DNA from: the human T2T-CHM13v2.0 reference genome, Homo sapiens | Length of the DNA stretch: 64,000 bases | Assembly (NCBI RefSeq): GCF_009914755.1 | Contig: NC_060940.1 | Direction: 5' to 3' (one strand) | In this document: positions 1-14,762 of the stretch, piece after piece | How the letters are laid out: each line of letters starts with the position of its first letter | Numbering within the stretch: the first letter of the stretch is position 1 | Made by a program: the position numbers and the translations under genes | The notes under the pieces: model-generated | Database searches by the model: none | The model's input: the letters and a program-made list of their open reading frames with translations, nothing else | What the model was told of the DNA's origin: nothing

Positions 1-619
1 TAAAAGCTGTTGTGCAGCTGTCACTCATTTTCTAGGAAAACAAGCCAGTTGCCAATCGACTTGGCAATACCTAAGAAATATTCCGGTTCCAATTACAGGC
101 TGCCAATGGCAAGTACAGCCTCAGCCAAGAGGAACTTACTTTCTTGGTTCCCGATGCAAGGGATCTGGCAATAGGGACGTCCTTCTATGTTTGTAGAAAA
201 GATTTTTCTCTTTGTGATGATACTTACTCCATTCTCTATCTAAAAATCTCTCCCTAATGAATTTTTTACATTCTGCTTTTTGGAACCCATTCCTTTATGC
301 CAAGCACTTGTGCTCTACACGCATCTCGGAAAACCCTGGGTACCTGCTTCTCTTTAGGAATCTCCAAACAGTGAATAGAACAAAGGTTGAGCTGATTCTG
401 TGGCAGACACCTCACACATCCCTGTGAGGCAGGTGCTGCTTTAAAGATGGGGAGATGGGGACCAGCTATGGGGCTTGGCTTGTTGACATAATTAGCAAGG
501 GCAGATTTGGGATTTGGACCCCATCTGTGAAACGCACCTGCTTGGGCTCCCTCCATGATGTCACGCTGGACAGTAGGGTCGCCTAAGAAGCTTAAAGGAT
601 GCTGAGGAGGAGGAAGCCT

Positions 620-880
620 TGTCTCGGTTGCAGTGGTTTGGGTTCTTCAAGAAGCAAACTCCGAGACATGGATTTGAATGCGAAAGACTTATTTGAGGTG
701 ATTCCTCAGGGAGGGAGTGGGGAAGAGATGAAGGGTCTTTTAATGACCTACTTACTGCTGTGGGCAGCTGGCACCCAGGCCTGCTGGTGGACTCCGGAGG
801 CTGGCCCAGAACATCCCTAAGTACCGCTTCCTGGAGGTCCGCCTGTTCCCATTTCCCACTGGTTGAGGGTCGTTCTGGGA
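620..880 (-). mobile_element. ERVL LTR fragment (LTR33/LTR16-like)
   Basis: gggttcttcaagaagcaaactccgagacatggatttgaatgcgaaagacttattt resembles the reverse complement of the LTR16/LTR33 3' end. Confidence 0.5.
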
Positions 881-984
881 GGTGTCACACTGAATGCACA
901 AAATTTAATGTTGATCAACTTGGAGTGTAGATTCTCTTGAAAAATGAGCAAACACATATGCAGCCACACATCTCCTCCCTGTCA

Positions 985-2680
<1,696 letters not shown>

Positions 2681-2720
2681 AATAAAAACAAAGATGGTAT
2701 GACATAGGTGGTTTTCTCAA

Positions 2721-2937
2721 TTTTTAAAATTTATTTTGCATGTCAGAAATGCATTTTAATTTTTATTTGAAAACAACTTAAATTTTTAGACAAATGATTT
2801 TGTGTATAAATTTGATCTGGTTTTTATACAGAATATAATTATTTCCCTCTTTAATCTTTCATGTGAAGGGCATTACAAGCCTAAAGGAAGATAGTTTCTG
2901 CACACAAGTGGGTATCTTATGTGTGCAGTATTAGAAA
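2721..2937 (-). pseudogene. Probable 5'-truncated retrocopy of an mRNA 3' end (3'UTR only); resembles PCNP 3'UTR from recall, unverified
   Basis: The minus strand reads AT-rich 3'UTR-like sequence, then AATAAA (2762-2767), ~24 nt, then a decayed A-tail (2721-2737). Confidence 0.5.
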
Positions 2938-3280
2938 TCAGTGATGCGGTTGCTCGCTCTGCAACTCCTGACCTGCCCAGAACACAGGCTGAGCAGGTTC
3001 CCATGGCTGGAGGATTACTCCTAGGTAGAGAGACGCAGGTGCTTGAATAAGGGACCCACTGATGTGGGAGGGAACTGTCTCTCCAAGCTGCAGGTGACAG
3101 CCGAGTTGGCTGGAGGGGATGTGGGTTCTCACTGCATGTGCCATATGGGCAACAGGGAAGGAGGAGCCCAGAGTGGCACCATTACTGTCTTTGGAGTGTT
3201 AGGTTCTTACAAACCTTCCCCAGTGGATACTATTACTTCATTATCTTACTGGTACTGGGCGTAACAGCAGCTCTAGCTTA

Positions 3281-3490
3281 ACATTTATTAAATGCCTGCT
3301 CTGTGCCAAGAATTGTGCTCAATACTTTATATGCATGATTTCACTTAATCTTCATAACTGCGCTAAGAGGTAGAGGCCATTATAATCTTGAGATTGAAAA
3401 TGAGACAGGGCACACGGAGGGGAGATGCCTTGCCCATGGTCCCACATCCAGAAAGTAACACAGTAGACTCTTAAACCTGGGTCTGTCTGT
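3281..3490 (-). mobile_element. MIR SINE
   Basis: catttattaaatgcctgctctgtgcc...cttgcccatggtcccaca...aaacctgggtctgtctg MIR pattern. Confidence 0.75.
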
Positions 3491-4655
3491 CTGTTTGCTG
3501 GAGTTAACCTCCAGCAAGAGGAGGTTCCGTATTTGCTCTTTAAATGACAGGACTCTGGACGTTAAGAAGATCCACACCTCATGCACTTGACCTTGGGTTG
3601 TGAGGAGTTTCCCGTTCCTTATTCCAATGAGACGTTATGGGTTCCACGGGGGTTCTTCTTAAGCAAGGAGGATCATTAAGTGGCAAGGTGGCCATAGTTG
3701 GAGAGACCCACATGAGCTCTAACCAGTCACAAATCAGTTCAGCCCATTAGATTTGTCATAAATGTATGATGAATGGTAATTCCCTGATGTCATATCCAAC
3801 CTCTGGGAGCTATCTGTTTGAATGATGTCAACGCATAATATTTGAAGCTGCTCATGTGGTTATCTTGAATCATTGGAGAAGCGTGAGGCTTGAACAGATT
3901 TCTTAATAACTTTTTTTACGCTTGCGACTGCATTTTCATCTCTAGGTTTTGTTCCTGTACAATGAAAACCTCCCAGTTCTTTTTCCTGGGCTACTGCAAT
4001 ATTAATGTTGATGAGAATTGCTCTGCAATGTCGGGGCACCTAACCAACGTGGGTTTTCATCTCCCACCCTCCCACTTCCTTGTTTTTCTTCAGTAAAGAA
4101 TAATAAGGAAAATAGCCTACCTTTACAGCAAGAGAAAATAACATCTATTTAGAGGAACTTGAGATGAAAGTATGTTTCTTTCATATTGGGTAATCTAATT
4201 CTGCAACTCTTGCTTAGCTTTTATTTCCAATGATTTAACAAGCTGCACTACACGGTTTCTTAAACTCTTGCCGTTATGCACATTTCTGAGCTCTTTAAGA
4301 ATCAAAAGCTCAAAGGCCATCCTTTAAAAAAAATTCTGGCCTTTCAGGGGGGCAGGAGGGGCTGGCCCTTAGTGACATGGTTTCATAGTGACCTCTCTAA
4401 GCAGGGGGTCTCAGCGTTGATTTTTTCCCTTTAACTCCAATCCAGGGTCTTCTGGGGTCTCCTTGTTTATTCTGAGACCTCCAAGCATGGCTGGCTCTTG
4501 TCAAGAGAGGCCACCCTCTGGCAATGCATTCCACTTTTTATGTGATATGAGTTAGGTTTTCTGTGGGTCTCTCTCCTCAATTCTCACTATTCTAACTTTA
4601 GCTCACGTTCTTGGTATTATTTTCAAAAGCATTGAAGAAATGAAGACCACAGTGG

Positions 4656-4954
4656 TTTTTGTTTGTTTGTTTTGAGACGAGTCTTGCTCTGTTGCCCAGG
4701 CGGGAGTGCAGTGGCGCCATCTTGGTTCACTGCAGCTTCTGTCCCCTGGGTTCAAGCAGTTCTCCTGTCTCAGCCTCACAAGTAGCTAGGATTACAAACA
4801 TGTGCCACCATGCCTGGCTAATTTTTGTATTTTTAGTAGAGACTGGGTTTTACCATGTTGGCCAGGATGGTCTTGAACTCCTGACCTCAAGTGATCCACC
4901 CACCTTGGTCTCCCAAAGTGCTGAGATTACAGGCATAAGCCACCGTGCCTGGCC
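4656..4954 (-). mobile_element. Alu (AluS-type)
   Basis: Reverse-complement Alu with (GTTT)n tail. Confidence 0.97.
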
Positions 4955-5480
4955 CATAGTTTTTTAAAATGTAAAATAAGCAACATTTCTACCTGTCCCT
5001 TAGCCGTCTTTATCCTCGTGATGTCTCTAAGGCCCTTGGAATAGCCAGGGACCAGCACTGACAGACATAGTCGTCTCCCAGTCACTGGCATTTGCAAAAG
5101 ACCTGCTCGGTACCAGGCACTGCACTTAGATGCTTTCAGGCATCACCTCATTTAATGCTGAGGACGTTCTCCGTGGTACATGCTGCTATCCTCCCACTTT
5201 ACAGTGAAGAAGCAGGCATAGGAGACCTCGGCATCATGCCCCACACGCTCCTGAGCAGCGGTCGAGCTGCCTCCTCTGCTATGCTGGGCAAACTTGCTTC
5301 TGGGCTATTTATAAAAACTAAACATATTTCCAAAGCACACCTGCTTTCAGAGGTGGGTCTCAGTCAGGATCCTTTGTGTGGTTGAAGCCACCCTTTCCCT
5401 TCCCTTATACCTCACCTGCTCTACTCATTAGGAAAGCAGGCCCTGCTTCTAGACGCTATCATTTAAAATAATGAAATATA

Positions 5481-5558
5481 TTAGGTTGGTGCAAAAGTAA
5501 TTGCAGTTTTGTCATTACTTTTAGTGACAGAAACCACAATTACTTTTGCACCAACCTA
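5481..5558. mobile_element. MADE1 (Hsmar1-derived MITE)
   Basis: ttaggttggtgcaaaagtaattg...caattacttttgcaccaaccta palindrome of ~80 bp with TA flanks. Confidence 0.95.
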
Positions 5559-5684
5559 TAGATGTCTGAGAATGTTAGGAAAGACAGCATGATGGGGTCA
5601 TGGGGAGGCATCGCTTAGAGTGGTTTCCTGCCAGTACTGCCCTGGATGGAGACAAAGTTCCTCCTCTGAGCTTCCTTGTCTGCA

Positions 5685-5790
5685 TCTATTCCATGTATTG
5701 AGCACCTACTATGTGTTGGGCACCATTCTCCATGATAGAATGCATCAGGGAACAAACTGTACAGAAATACCTGCTCTTGTGCATGTTCAG
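5685..5790 (-). mobile_element. L2 3'-end fragment
   Basis: tattgagcacctactatgtgttgggcacc L2 terminal motif. Confidence 0.65.
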
Positions 5791-6116
5791 TCTCTTTTTG
5801 GAGTTGCAAAGCTCACTCCTGCCCACTCTGGAAACTTCTCTCCTGACACCCCACAGGCTATTTCTGCAGAACCCAATGGTGGGTCAGCTGTGTTCTTGGC
5901 ATTGAAAGCACAACAGACTTGTAACAGACAAGCCCCCAAGCGTGAGATCTAGACGACATCTCCATGAGTTTTGTGTTCTCTTCCCTTCTTTAGACATTCA
6001 GCTGTTTGACGTCCTCCCTGGTGCCAGATGCTATGAGCTGTGGATGCTCTGAACCAGGATAGGGCACTGTCTGGGGCAAAGATGGTTAATTGTTCCCCGA
6101 TCCAGCCTCCTCCTCT

Positions 6117-6446
6117 TTTTTTTTTTTTTTGGCTTTTTACAAAATTATTATTATTATTTTATATAAGATAGCGTCTCACTTTGTCACCCAGGATGGAATG
6201 CAGCAGTGTAATCTCAGCTCAGCGTAGCCTCTAATTCCTGGCCTGGAGTGATCCTCCTGCCTCAGCCTCCTAAGCAGCTGAGGCCGCAGGCACGTGCTAC
6301 CACACTCAGCTATTTTTTTTTTATGTTTTGTAGAGACAGAGTCTCTGTGTTGCCCAGGCTGATCTTTAACACCTAGACTCAAACTGTTCTCCCACCTTGG
6401 CCTCCCAGAGTGCTGGGATTATGGCTGTGAGCCAGCATGCCTGGCC
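6117..6446 (-). mobile_element. Alu (AluJ-type)
   Basis: Diverged Alu with J-type features (ggagtgatcctcctgcc, ctgtgttgcccagg). Confidence 0.93.
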
Positions 6447-6514
6447 TCTTCCTCTTCCTTTCCTTCTTATCAGCAGTTCCACCCACCATCCCCCAATTTT
6501 TAGCAGGCACATGA

Positions 6515-7216
<702 letters not shown>

Positions 7217-7409
7217 TCTACCTCCCTTGTAATGAGTGCTTATGAACTGAATCCTCGTCTAGGAGGTGTGAGCCGGTGATGTGTACATTTCTGAGTGGTG
7301 CAGGGGCAATTCACGCACTTCTCTTTTTCCCACATTTTGAGGGAATGAAGGCTTGGTAATAAGCCCTGCTGGCCATGTGGTGAGGGTGACCGGCATTTCC
7401 GGAGATGGT

Positions 7410-7451
7410 CCCTGGGCTGCACCTTGGCCCTGGGTTGCACCTTGGCCCTGG
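7410..7451. repeat. 18-bp tandem duplication (2.3 copies)
   Basis: ccctgggctgcaccttgg / ccctgggttgcaccttgg / ccctgg. Confidence 0.9.
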
Positions 7452-8485
7452 TCTGCAGATACCCATGCTCCCACCTGAGGGAGAAATAAACTTCTCCTGT
7501 GTTTAATCCATGGTTACTTGACCTCTGCAATGCCCTCCCGAGTCAACGGGAGGTTTCCGACCAGTAATCTTTCCTTCCTACCTTGAACCCAGCAGTGAGG
7601 CTTTTTTTCATGCCGCGTTTTAATGGATGAAGTGGCAAAGAGAGCTGTCCTCATAAGGGGGGAATCCTCTTTTAAGATGCTCATGATTTTGTGAGAGCAA
7701 AAGGACTGGAGATGTCCATGCCGGCTTCAGATATTTCCTTTGCAGCCCAGTGGGTCTAACAAGCTCTAAGATGAAGGATTGTGAAGGCATTCTTGAACTG
7801 CCTTTGAAGGGAGGTTAGGTCAATATTTGATGGCTTAGGCGGGAGGCAGCCAAGGCCAGCTGGGATGTTGTTCTGTCTCGGAAGGGTTTCACGGGTCCAC
7901 TGCAACAAATTGCAGAACCTGATCTCAGTCTTGGGTGAGTCCGTCCACATGGGTGAACTCAGTGAAACCCTCTTCAATACCCACCTCTTTCTCCCCCAAT
8001 AAAGATGGTGGTGGGAGTGAGGTCTATGTATTGGGTGTGTGGATAGAACAGAGAAGATGGAAATGACCCAGTCTCAAACATGTACAATTTTTATTTGGTC
8101 ATGAAAAATAAATAAGTAAATAAGAAGAAGATGAAGAAAAGAAATGCTCAGTCTCCAGGACTCTGATTCCTCCACGTGTGGCACACAGGTTGGCCTACAC
8201 TTCTGCTGGGAACGGGGGTGGTTTAGCCGTGGAGGTGATGCTGACTGCCCCTGTGGGGAGCAGGGCTCAGGTCTCTCTACTATCGTGGCAGCTTCATCCA
8301 ATCCTGTCAATCAGAACAGAATCGGCTTTGCAAGGAGCTGTTTCTTCCAAGGCTGCTGTATATCTATGTGGTTGGTTTCCCCTGAGATTGAGATAAACTG
8401 TTATTAGTTTGATTGCATATAAGGAGATTGGTAAATGAGAACATTGTTCATGCTGGGTCGCGTTGACCCGCACAATACCATCTCA

Positions 8486-8538
8486 TGATCCTTTGGAATC
8501 AAAACACACTTGTGATCCTTTTTGAATCAAAACACACT
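8486..8538. repeat. ~27-bp tandem duplication
   Basis: tgatcctttggaatcaaaacacact / tgatcctttttgaatcaaaacacact. Confidence 0.9.
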
Positions 8539-9260
8539 CTGCATGTTAGCATGACTTCAGCTTCTCTTGGTCTTCTGAAGACGGGGAGAAGAGCTACCAG
8601 GTGAGGACCTTTCCAGACACAGGCTAGCTTCTGTCTCATCTTCTCCATCTAAACCTCTAAAGTCTTTCAGAATTTAAAGAAATAGCTTTCACATCTTGAT
8701 ATCACCTCTTCTCACTTCTGAAACTGGTGGGAACCCACAGAAGGCAGTGTGGAAAGGATGGAGTGGGGAGGAGGAGGACGTGAAATGGATTTTCTCGGCA
8801 GAACCATGGCCCATTGAGACACACAGCTGCTGCAGCATTCCTTGTGGGAGCTTGTTTTTATGGCTTCTAGGTGTCGTGTTACTGGGTCGGAAAGATATGG
8901 ACCCCAATTTTAGAGAGATAGGGCCAGTGGGTGTGGTTTGGATTTATGTCCCCAAGCAAATTTCGTGTCGAATTGTAATCCCTGATGTTGGAGGAGGGAC
9001 CCGGTGGGAGGTGACTGGATCATGGGATTTCCCTGGTGGATTTCCCCCTTGCTCTTCTTGTGATAATGAGTGAGTTCCCACATCTGGTTGTTTAAAAGTG
9101 TGTAGCACCTCTCCCTTCACTTTCTCTTCCTCCTCCTCTGCCCATGTAAGACGCACCTGTTCCCTCTTTGCCTTCCACCCCGATTGTAAGTTTCCTGAGG
9201 CCTCCTCAGCCGTACTTCCTGTACAGCCTGCAGAACCGTGAGCCAGTTAAACGTCTTTTC

Positions 9261-9557
9261 TTTTTTTTTTTGTTTTCAGATGGAATCTCTCTCTGTCACC
9301 CAGGCTGGTGTGCGGTGGTGCGATCTTGGCTCACTGCACCTTTGCCTCCCGGGTTCAGGCTATTCTCCTGTCTCAGCCTCCCAAGCAGCTGGGATAACAG
9401 GTGCCGACCACCACACCCAGCTAATTTTTGCACTTTTAATAGAGATGGGGTTTCACCATACTGGTCAGGCTGGTCTCGAACTCCTGACCTCAAGTGATCC
9501 ACCTGCCGTGGCCTCCCAAAGTGTTGGGATTACAGGCATGAGCCACTGTGCCCAGCC
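9261..9557 (-). mobile_element. Alu (AluS-type)
   Basis: Alu body; TSD aaac(g/t)tcttttc on both sides. Confidence 0.96.
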
Positions 9558-9585
9558 AAACTTCTTTTCTTTATATGTTACCCAG

Positions 9586-9891
<306 letters not shown>

Positions 9892-9944
9892 CGTCAGTTT
9901 CAGGTAGTTATTTATAGCAATGCAAGAATGAACTAATAAAAGTG

Positions 9945-10350
9945 CTGTATGTGATACTGAGATAAAGAGGCCTGGAAGTTTGGAGAAAGGAGATAGAGGC
10001 TCTCCCTGAGGAGATCAGGGAAGGCTTCCTGGAGGAGGTGGCCTTTGAGTTAGTCCTTAAATTTGCATGTATGGAGATTGTGGAGAGGAATTCCAGGAGG
10101 AGGGAGCCCTGTGAGAAAAGACATAAGAACAGAAAAGGATGGAGTGTATATGGGAGCAGGCAGCAGTTTTATCTGGAAGAATCACAGGGAGTGGGAAGGG
10201 GAGAGTGGGGTGGAATTACAGATGGGCAGGGTCCGGCTAAGAGGGTTTTGAATGGTTGGGAGATGAGCTTGGACTTAATCCATTAGAGAGAGAGGGGAGT
10301 CTTTGAACATGTTTTAACACAGAGGTGATCAGAGCTGGGTTTTAGAAGAT
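9945..10350 (-). mobile_element. L2 fragment
   Basis: atcagggaaggcttcctggaggaggtggcctttgag L2 signature. Confidence 0.7.
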
Positions 10351-10394
10351 GTGATTTATCTCTATGTGTTTTTTTTTTTTTGAAGAATTGACTA

Positions 10395-10624
10395 AAAACA
10401 TCAAAAGAAGACGACTATTTCATGATGTGTGAAAACGATATAATATTCACATTTCTGTGCCCATGAATGAAGTTTTGAATTCTACCAATAAAATGTTGAT
10501 AGAAATTTGTTTTCTCTCTTATCATGTAAGTACCTGTATAATATACTCAGTTTTGCTACTTGGCCCACAAGGCTTAATGTGTTTACTATCCAGCCTTCTA
10601 AAGAAAATGTTTATAAATTCCTGG
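10395..10624. mobile_element. MER58-type hAT-Charlie DNA transposon fragment
   Basis: tggcccacaaggcttaatgtgtttactatccagccttctaaagaaaatgttt resembles the MER58 end. Confidence 0.6.
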
Positions 10625-10738
10625 GATAGGTGAAAGGGAAGAGAGACTGGTCTGGAATTCCAGAGAGGCCACCATTGTGCCAGACACAGGCAGTAGTTCC
10701 TGATCTGTGTCCTGTGGTAGAAACAGATTTTAAATGGC

Positions 10739-10739
<1 letters not shown>

Positions 10740-10769
<30 letters not shown>
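10740..10769 (+). repeat. Pure A30 mononucleotide run
   Basis: 30 consecutive A with no adjacent Alu body. Confidence 0.95.
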
Positions 10770-10771
<2 letters not shown>

Positions 10772-11540
10772 GGTGTGCGGGTTTGTCAAATGCTAGGTTA
10801 CATAGAGTTAAACCGATCTCTTCGAGGGACTTCTCAGAGCCTTTAGCACTTTAATGGTCATTGTGACTCTTGGAGAGGGGAAGATGACATGTGATAATTT
10901 CTAAAATCAATTGACCATGGAAGCTGTTTTCCAGGGATCCATATTCTAGGGAACCCACCATAGGGAAAACTGTTCTAGGGAGCGGGAGTGAAGAGGACAG
11001 TGAGGTTGGAAAGGAAACTGTGGCTGCAGCCAAGGGGCATGGAGACTGAATCTCCAGGGCTTGTGGGAGGAAACAGCATCATGGAGGGCTCTAAGGATCC
11101 TAGCCTGAGAGTCTGGGATAGTGACGGTGATAAGTCGGGTGTTCTGTGGGGAGGGCCAGGGGGCAGGGGAGGGAGAGGACTGCGAGGTGTGTACATGGAG
11201 ATCTCTCATCTGCAAAATGGGGTAAGAAGAGTCCCACATTCTGTGTGAATATGGACGCTGATACTGGCGTGGACACTAACACTAATGTTGTAATATCCAG
11301 TATTTATGAAGCACCAACTATGTGCCAGGCACTGTGCCAGGGGTTGCCAAATGTTCTCTGCAGAGAACCAAATGGGAAACATCTTTGGTGGTGGTGGGCC
11401 GGATTTGGCCTGCCAGCTGCAGTGCGTTCGTCCCTGCACCATGCTAAGCGCTTTAATATACTGTTGTTAAACTAACTAAAGGCTCATAAGTGCCCTTTGC
11501 GATAAGACTTTCTTTATCACAAGTTTTAAGATAGTCATCT

Positions 11541-11984
<444 letters not shown>

Positions 11985-12229
11985 TTATTCCTGCAGGTGG
12001 TTGTTTGTTGGGACAGGAGCTCAGGTGAGGGGATCCCAAGGTTGGGATTCACCTGCTGTTGTGTTTCTCAGAGAAAGGTGTATAGGGGAAGGAGCGGTGG
12101 GTGGGGACCCTGCTCACTAAGGAGGACAGGAGAAGGGTTAGGGATGGAGACCAGGGATGAGCAGACAGGGCAGTGGGAGAGTCGGGAAAGGCAGCAGAGG
12201 AGGCAGTTGATGAAGGAAGGGGTGGTGCA

Positions 12230-12713
12230 CACAAGCAGTGTTGCCGGGAGACATTTTCAGCAGGATGAGGAGCTCTAAGACGCTAGTGCAGCTGCTGGCT
12301 GTGGTTACTAGGCGTGGCACATGCTGCGGGTACCATTGGTTCTTGTCCCCTTGGAACTCATCGTCTTGGTCTATTCTAGTGGGGTCCTTTGGCAGCACCC
12401 ATGACTGTCTGCTGAGTACTTTCTTTCCTTCCAAGCTTGGGGTAGACCAGAAGTGTCAGAGATAAAGTCCCCAGTAGCAGCCTCAGCCAGTGATGTTGCC
12501 CCATGGCAGGGGGAGCAGGTTCTGCGTCATCTCCAAGTGGCCCCTGGGACTAGGCCCCTGTTGCCTGCGTTGGCAGTCTCTTCATAGCACACCCTGCACT
12601 GGCTTCCCTCCCTTCTCCAAGTCTCTTCTGCACTCAGGGGCTTACCTGCTAAATAAACTACCTGTACTCGAATCTTCATCTCAGGATCCACTTCTGGGGG
12701 AGCCCAAACCAAG
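12230..12713 (+). mobile_element. ERVL LTR (LTR33/LTR16-like)
   Basis: 3' end aataaactacctgtactcgaatcttcatctcaggatccacttctgggggagcccaaacc. Confidence 0.6.
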
Positions 12714-12769
12714 GAACCAGAAACCATCCAGAGAGTTGTCAGTCAAGTGTGTGGGAGTCATTGGCTTAG

Positions 12770-13130
12770 TCATGCAGTTGAAAGCACTGGTTGAGCACCT
12801 GCTGTATATCTGCCAGACATGGGGATAAGCCTGGGGATGCAAGTGCAAATAGTCAGACATGACATCTGCCTCCCCCACGCACAGCAAGTATGTTCAGGAA
12901 TGGGCTACGAGGAGTAGGGTAAGTGCTTTGAAGGAAGCTGCAGGATGCGGAGGGGTAGAGGGAGGAATGGAACTACTTTTCATGGAGAAGTCAAGAAAGC
13001 CCCCTTGAGATGGGGTCACGTAAGCAGAGACTCGAGGGATGAGAAGGAGTTGACCAGGCAAATCACAAAGGGAAAAGTGTTTGAGCAGAGGGAACAGAAA
13101 GTGCAAAGGCTGTTAGAGTTTGAGTGAGCT
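12770..13130 (-). mobile_element. L2 fragment
   Basis: ttgagcacctgctgtat...gcagagggaacagaaagtgcaaaggc L2 pattern. Confidence 0.7.
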
Positions 13131-13134
13131 TGGT

Positions 13135-13320
13135 GAGGAGGAGGAGTAAGTTGAAGGCTAGTATGGGTGTGGGAGGGGAGGAAGAAGGACGGAGGTGAGG
13201 GAGGAGGAGGGAAAGGAAGGAAAGGAAAGAGAGGAGATGGGGGGAGAGAGAGAGAAAGAACAAGAGAGAGACAGAGAGAGAGAGAACGAGAATGAGAATG
13301 AGAGAAGGCGGAGGCAGAGA
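13135..13320 (+). repeat. GA-rich low-complexity purine tract
   Basis: (GGA)/(GA)/(GAGAAT) repeats. Confidence 0.85.
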
Positions 13321-14374
13321 CGGAAGTTGAATGCGGACCTAGAGGTCCCAGGGGAAGGCGTGCAGCCCAGGAGAGGGAGCCTGTAAGACAGAACGTCTGT
13401 CTCCACACTTGTCAACAAGTCCTCTGAACTGCACCTCTCATCAGGGTAAGGAAAATAAATATGCAAAAAAGCCTTCTGAAACATTGTGAGAACATTTTCA
13501 ACACAAGTTTAAAACACAATCACAGGGTCAACATGTGCTTTCTCTTGAGAACAGTTTTCCGTTTGAAACCGTTTCTTACTTCCCACTAATGGGAGCCTAT
13601 TCAGGTAATTTTCTTTTCTTTCTTTTATTTTTTTAAAGGCTCCTTTTAAAGCACAATGACCTTTTCCATTTTATTTTTTTCTTTCTGTAGTCATTCATGG
13701 AGAGAGCAAGACAACAGCACAGTGTTGCACTGCCTGCCAATTTGAGGGAAAGAGGAGTGGGGAATAAAAGGCAAATAAGTAGACAGAGATATGGAGCCTG
13801 CAGTTGTTGAAGGTGTGTGCGTTTTCTGGAATATTCAGCAACAGCTTCTCCTTGGGAAGTAGGGTCACCAGCTGTTCTGGATTATCTGAGATTGAGGGAT
13901 CTCCTGGGATGTGGGACTGGTGGGTCACCCTCATCCAAACAACCCAAAGGAATGTGTCAGAGATGTCCTGCCTCTGCTGGCCACCCAGTCGGACTCTCGC
14001 TCTCCAACACCTGCATCCATAGTTGCCATCCTCGTTTCCACTCCACCCAGCCCGCCCAGGATCGGGGAGTTAGCCTCCCTTCGAACACTCCAGGAAGAGT
14101 CCTGGCTAACCATGTGACTTTGCTAGGGGCACCCTAGCAAGGAGCTTAAGCGTCAGTATTAACTATTTTCGTTCTGTGAATAGCCTCAGCAGAACCTCCA
14201 CTAGGGCAGCAAGTTGTCCCAGTTATACCTGGGAATGCAGGCTTCCTGGGACGTGGTACTTTCCATGTTAACATGAGAATGGCTCTGGGTAAACTGGGAT
14301 GGTTGGTCACACTGCTGGAGAGGAAGAGTTTCTGGATCCTGTTCCTATTACCGATGGACTCGGATATTCCCATG

Positions 14375-14515
14375 ACTTACGTTTTCTGAGCCTCAGTTTT
14401 GTCATCTGTAAAATGGGAGATAATGCTAATGCCCATCTCATCCTTGTAAAGTGATTAGCATAGTGCTGGGCATACAGTAGGTGCTTAGAAAATGTTTGCA
14501 CAATAAATGTTCATT
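14375..14515 (+). mobile_element. MIR SINE
   Basis: ctgagcctcagttttgtcatctgtaaaatggg core. Confidence 0.8.
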
Positions 14516-14682
14516 TTATGATTATGGATTAGGCAGAGTAGACTGTATACATAGAGAGATTTCAAGGGCTTGGGATGACCTTTTCTCCACTGAAAACCAT
14601 TCCCTTACTCTGCTGCCAATAATCTTTCCATTAAGAAATCCTTCCTTGGGCTCAGGACCCCTCACAGTTTTCCACCAATGTA

Positions 14683-14762
14683 TTAGGTTGGCACAAAAGT
14701 AATTGCAGTTTTTGGCATTAAAAGTAATGGCAAAAACTGCAATAACTTTTGCATCAACCTAA
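14683..14762. mobile_element. MADE1 (Hsmar1-derived MITE)
   Basis: ttaggttggcacaaaagtaattgcagtttttg...caaaaactgcaataacttttgcatcaacctaa 80-bp palindrome. Confidence 0.95.

Noticed and set aside
49-67. TTGCCAA-N5-TTGGCAA inverted repeat as an NFI site
   Set aside because: Half-sites are in the reverse order of TTGGC-N5-GCCAA, and the match is short enough to be chance
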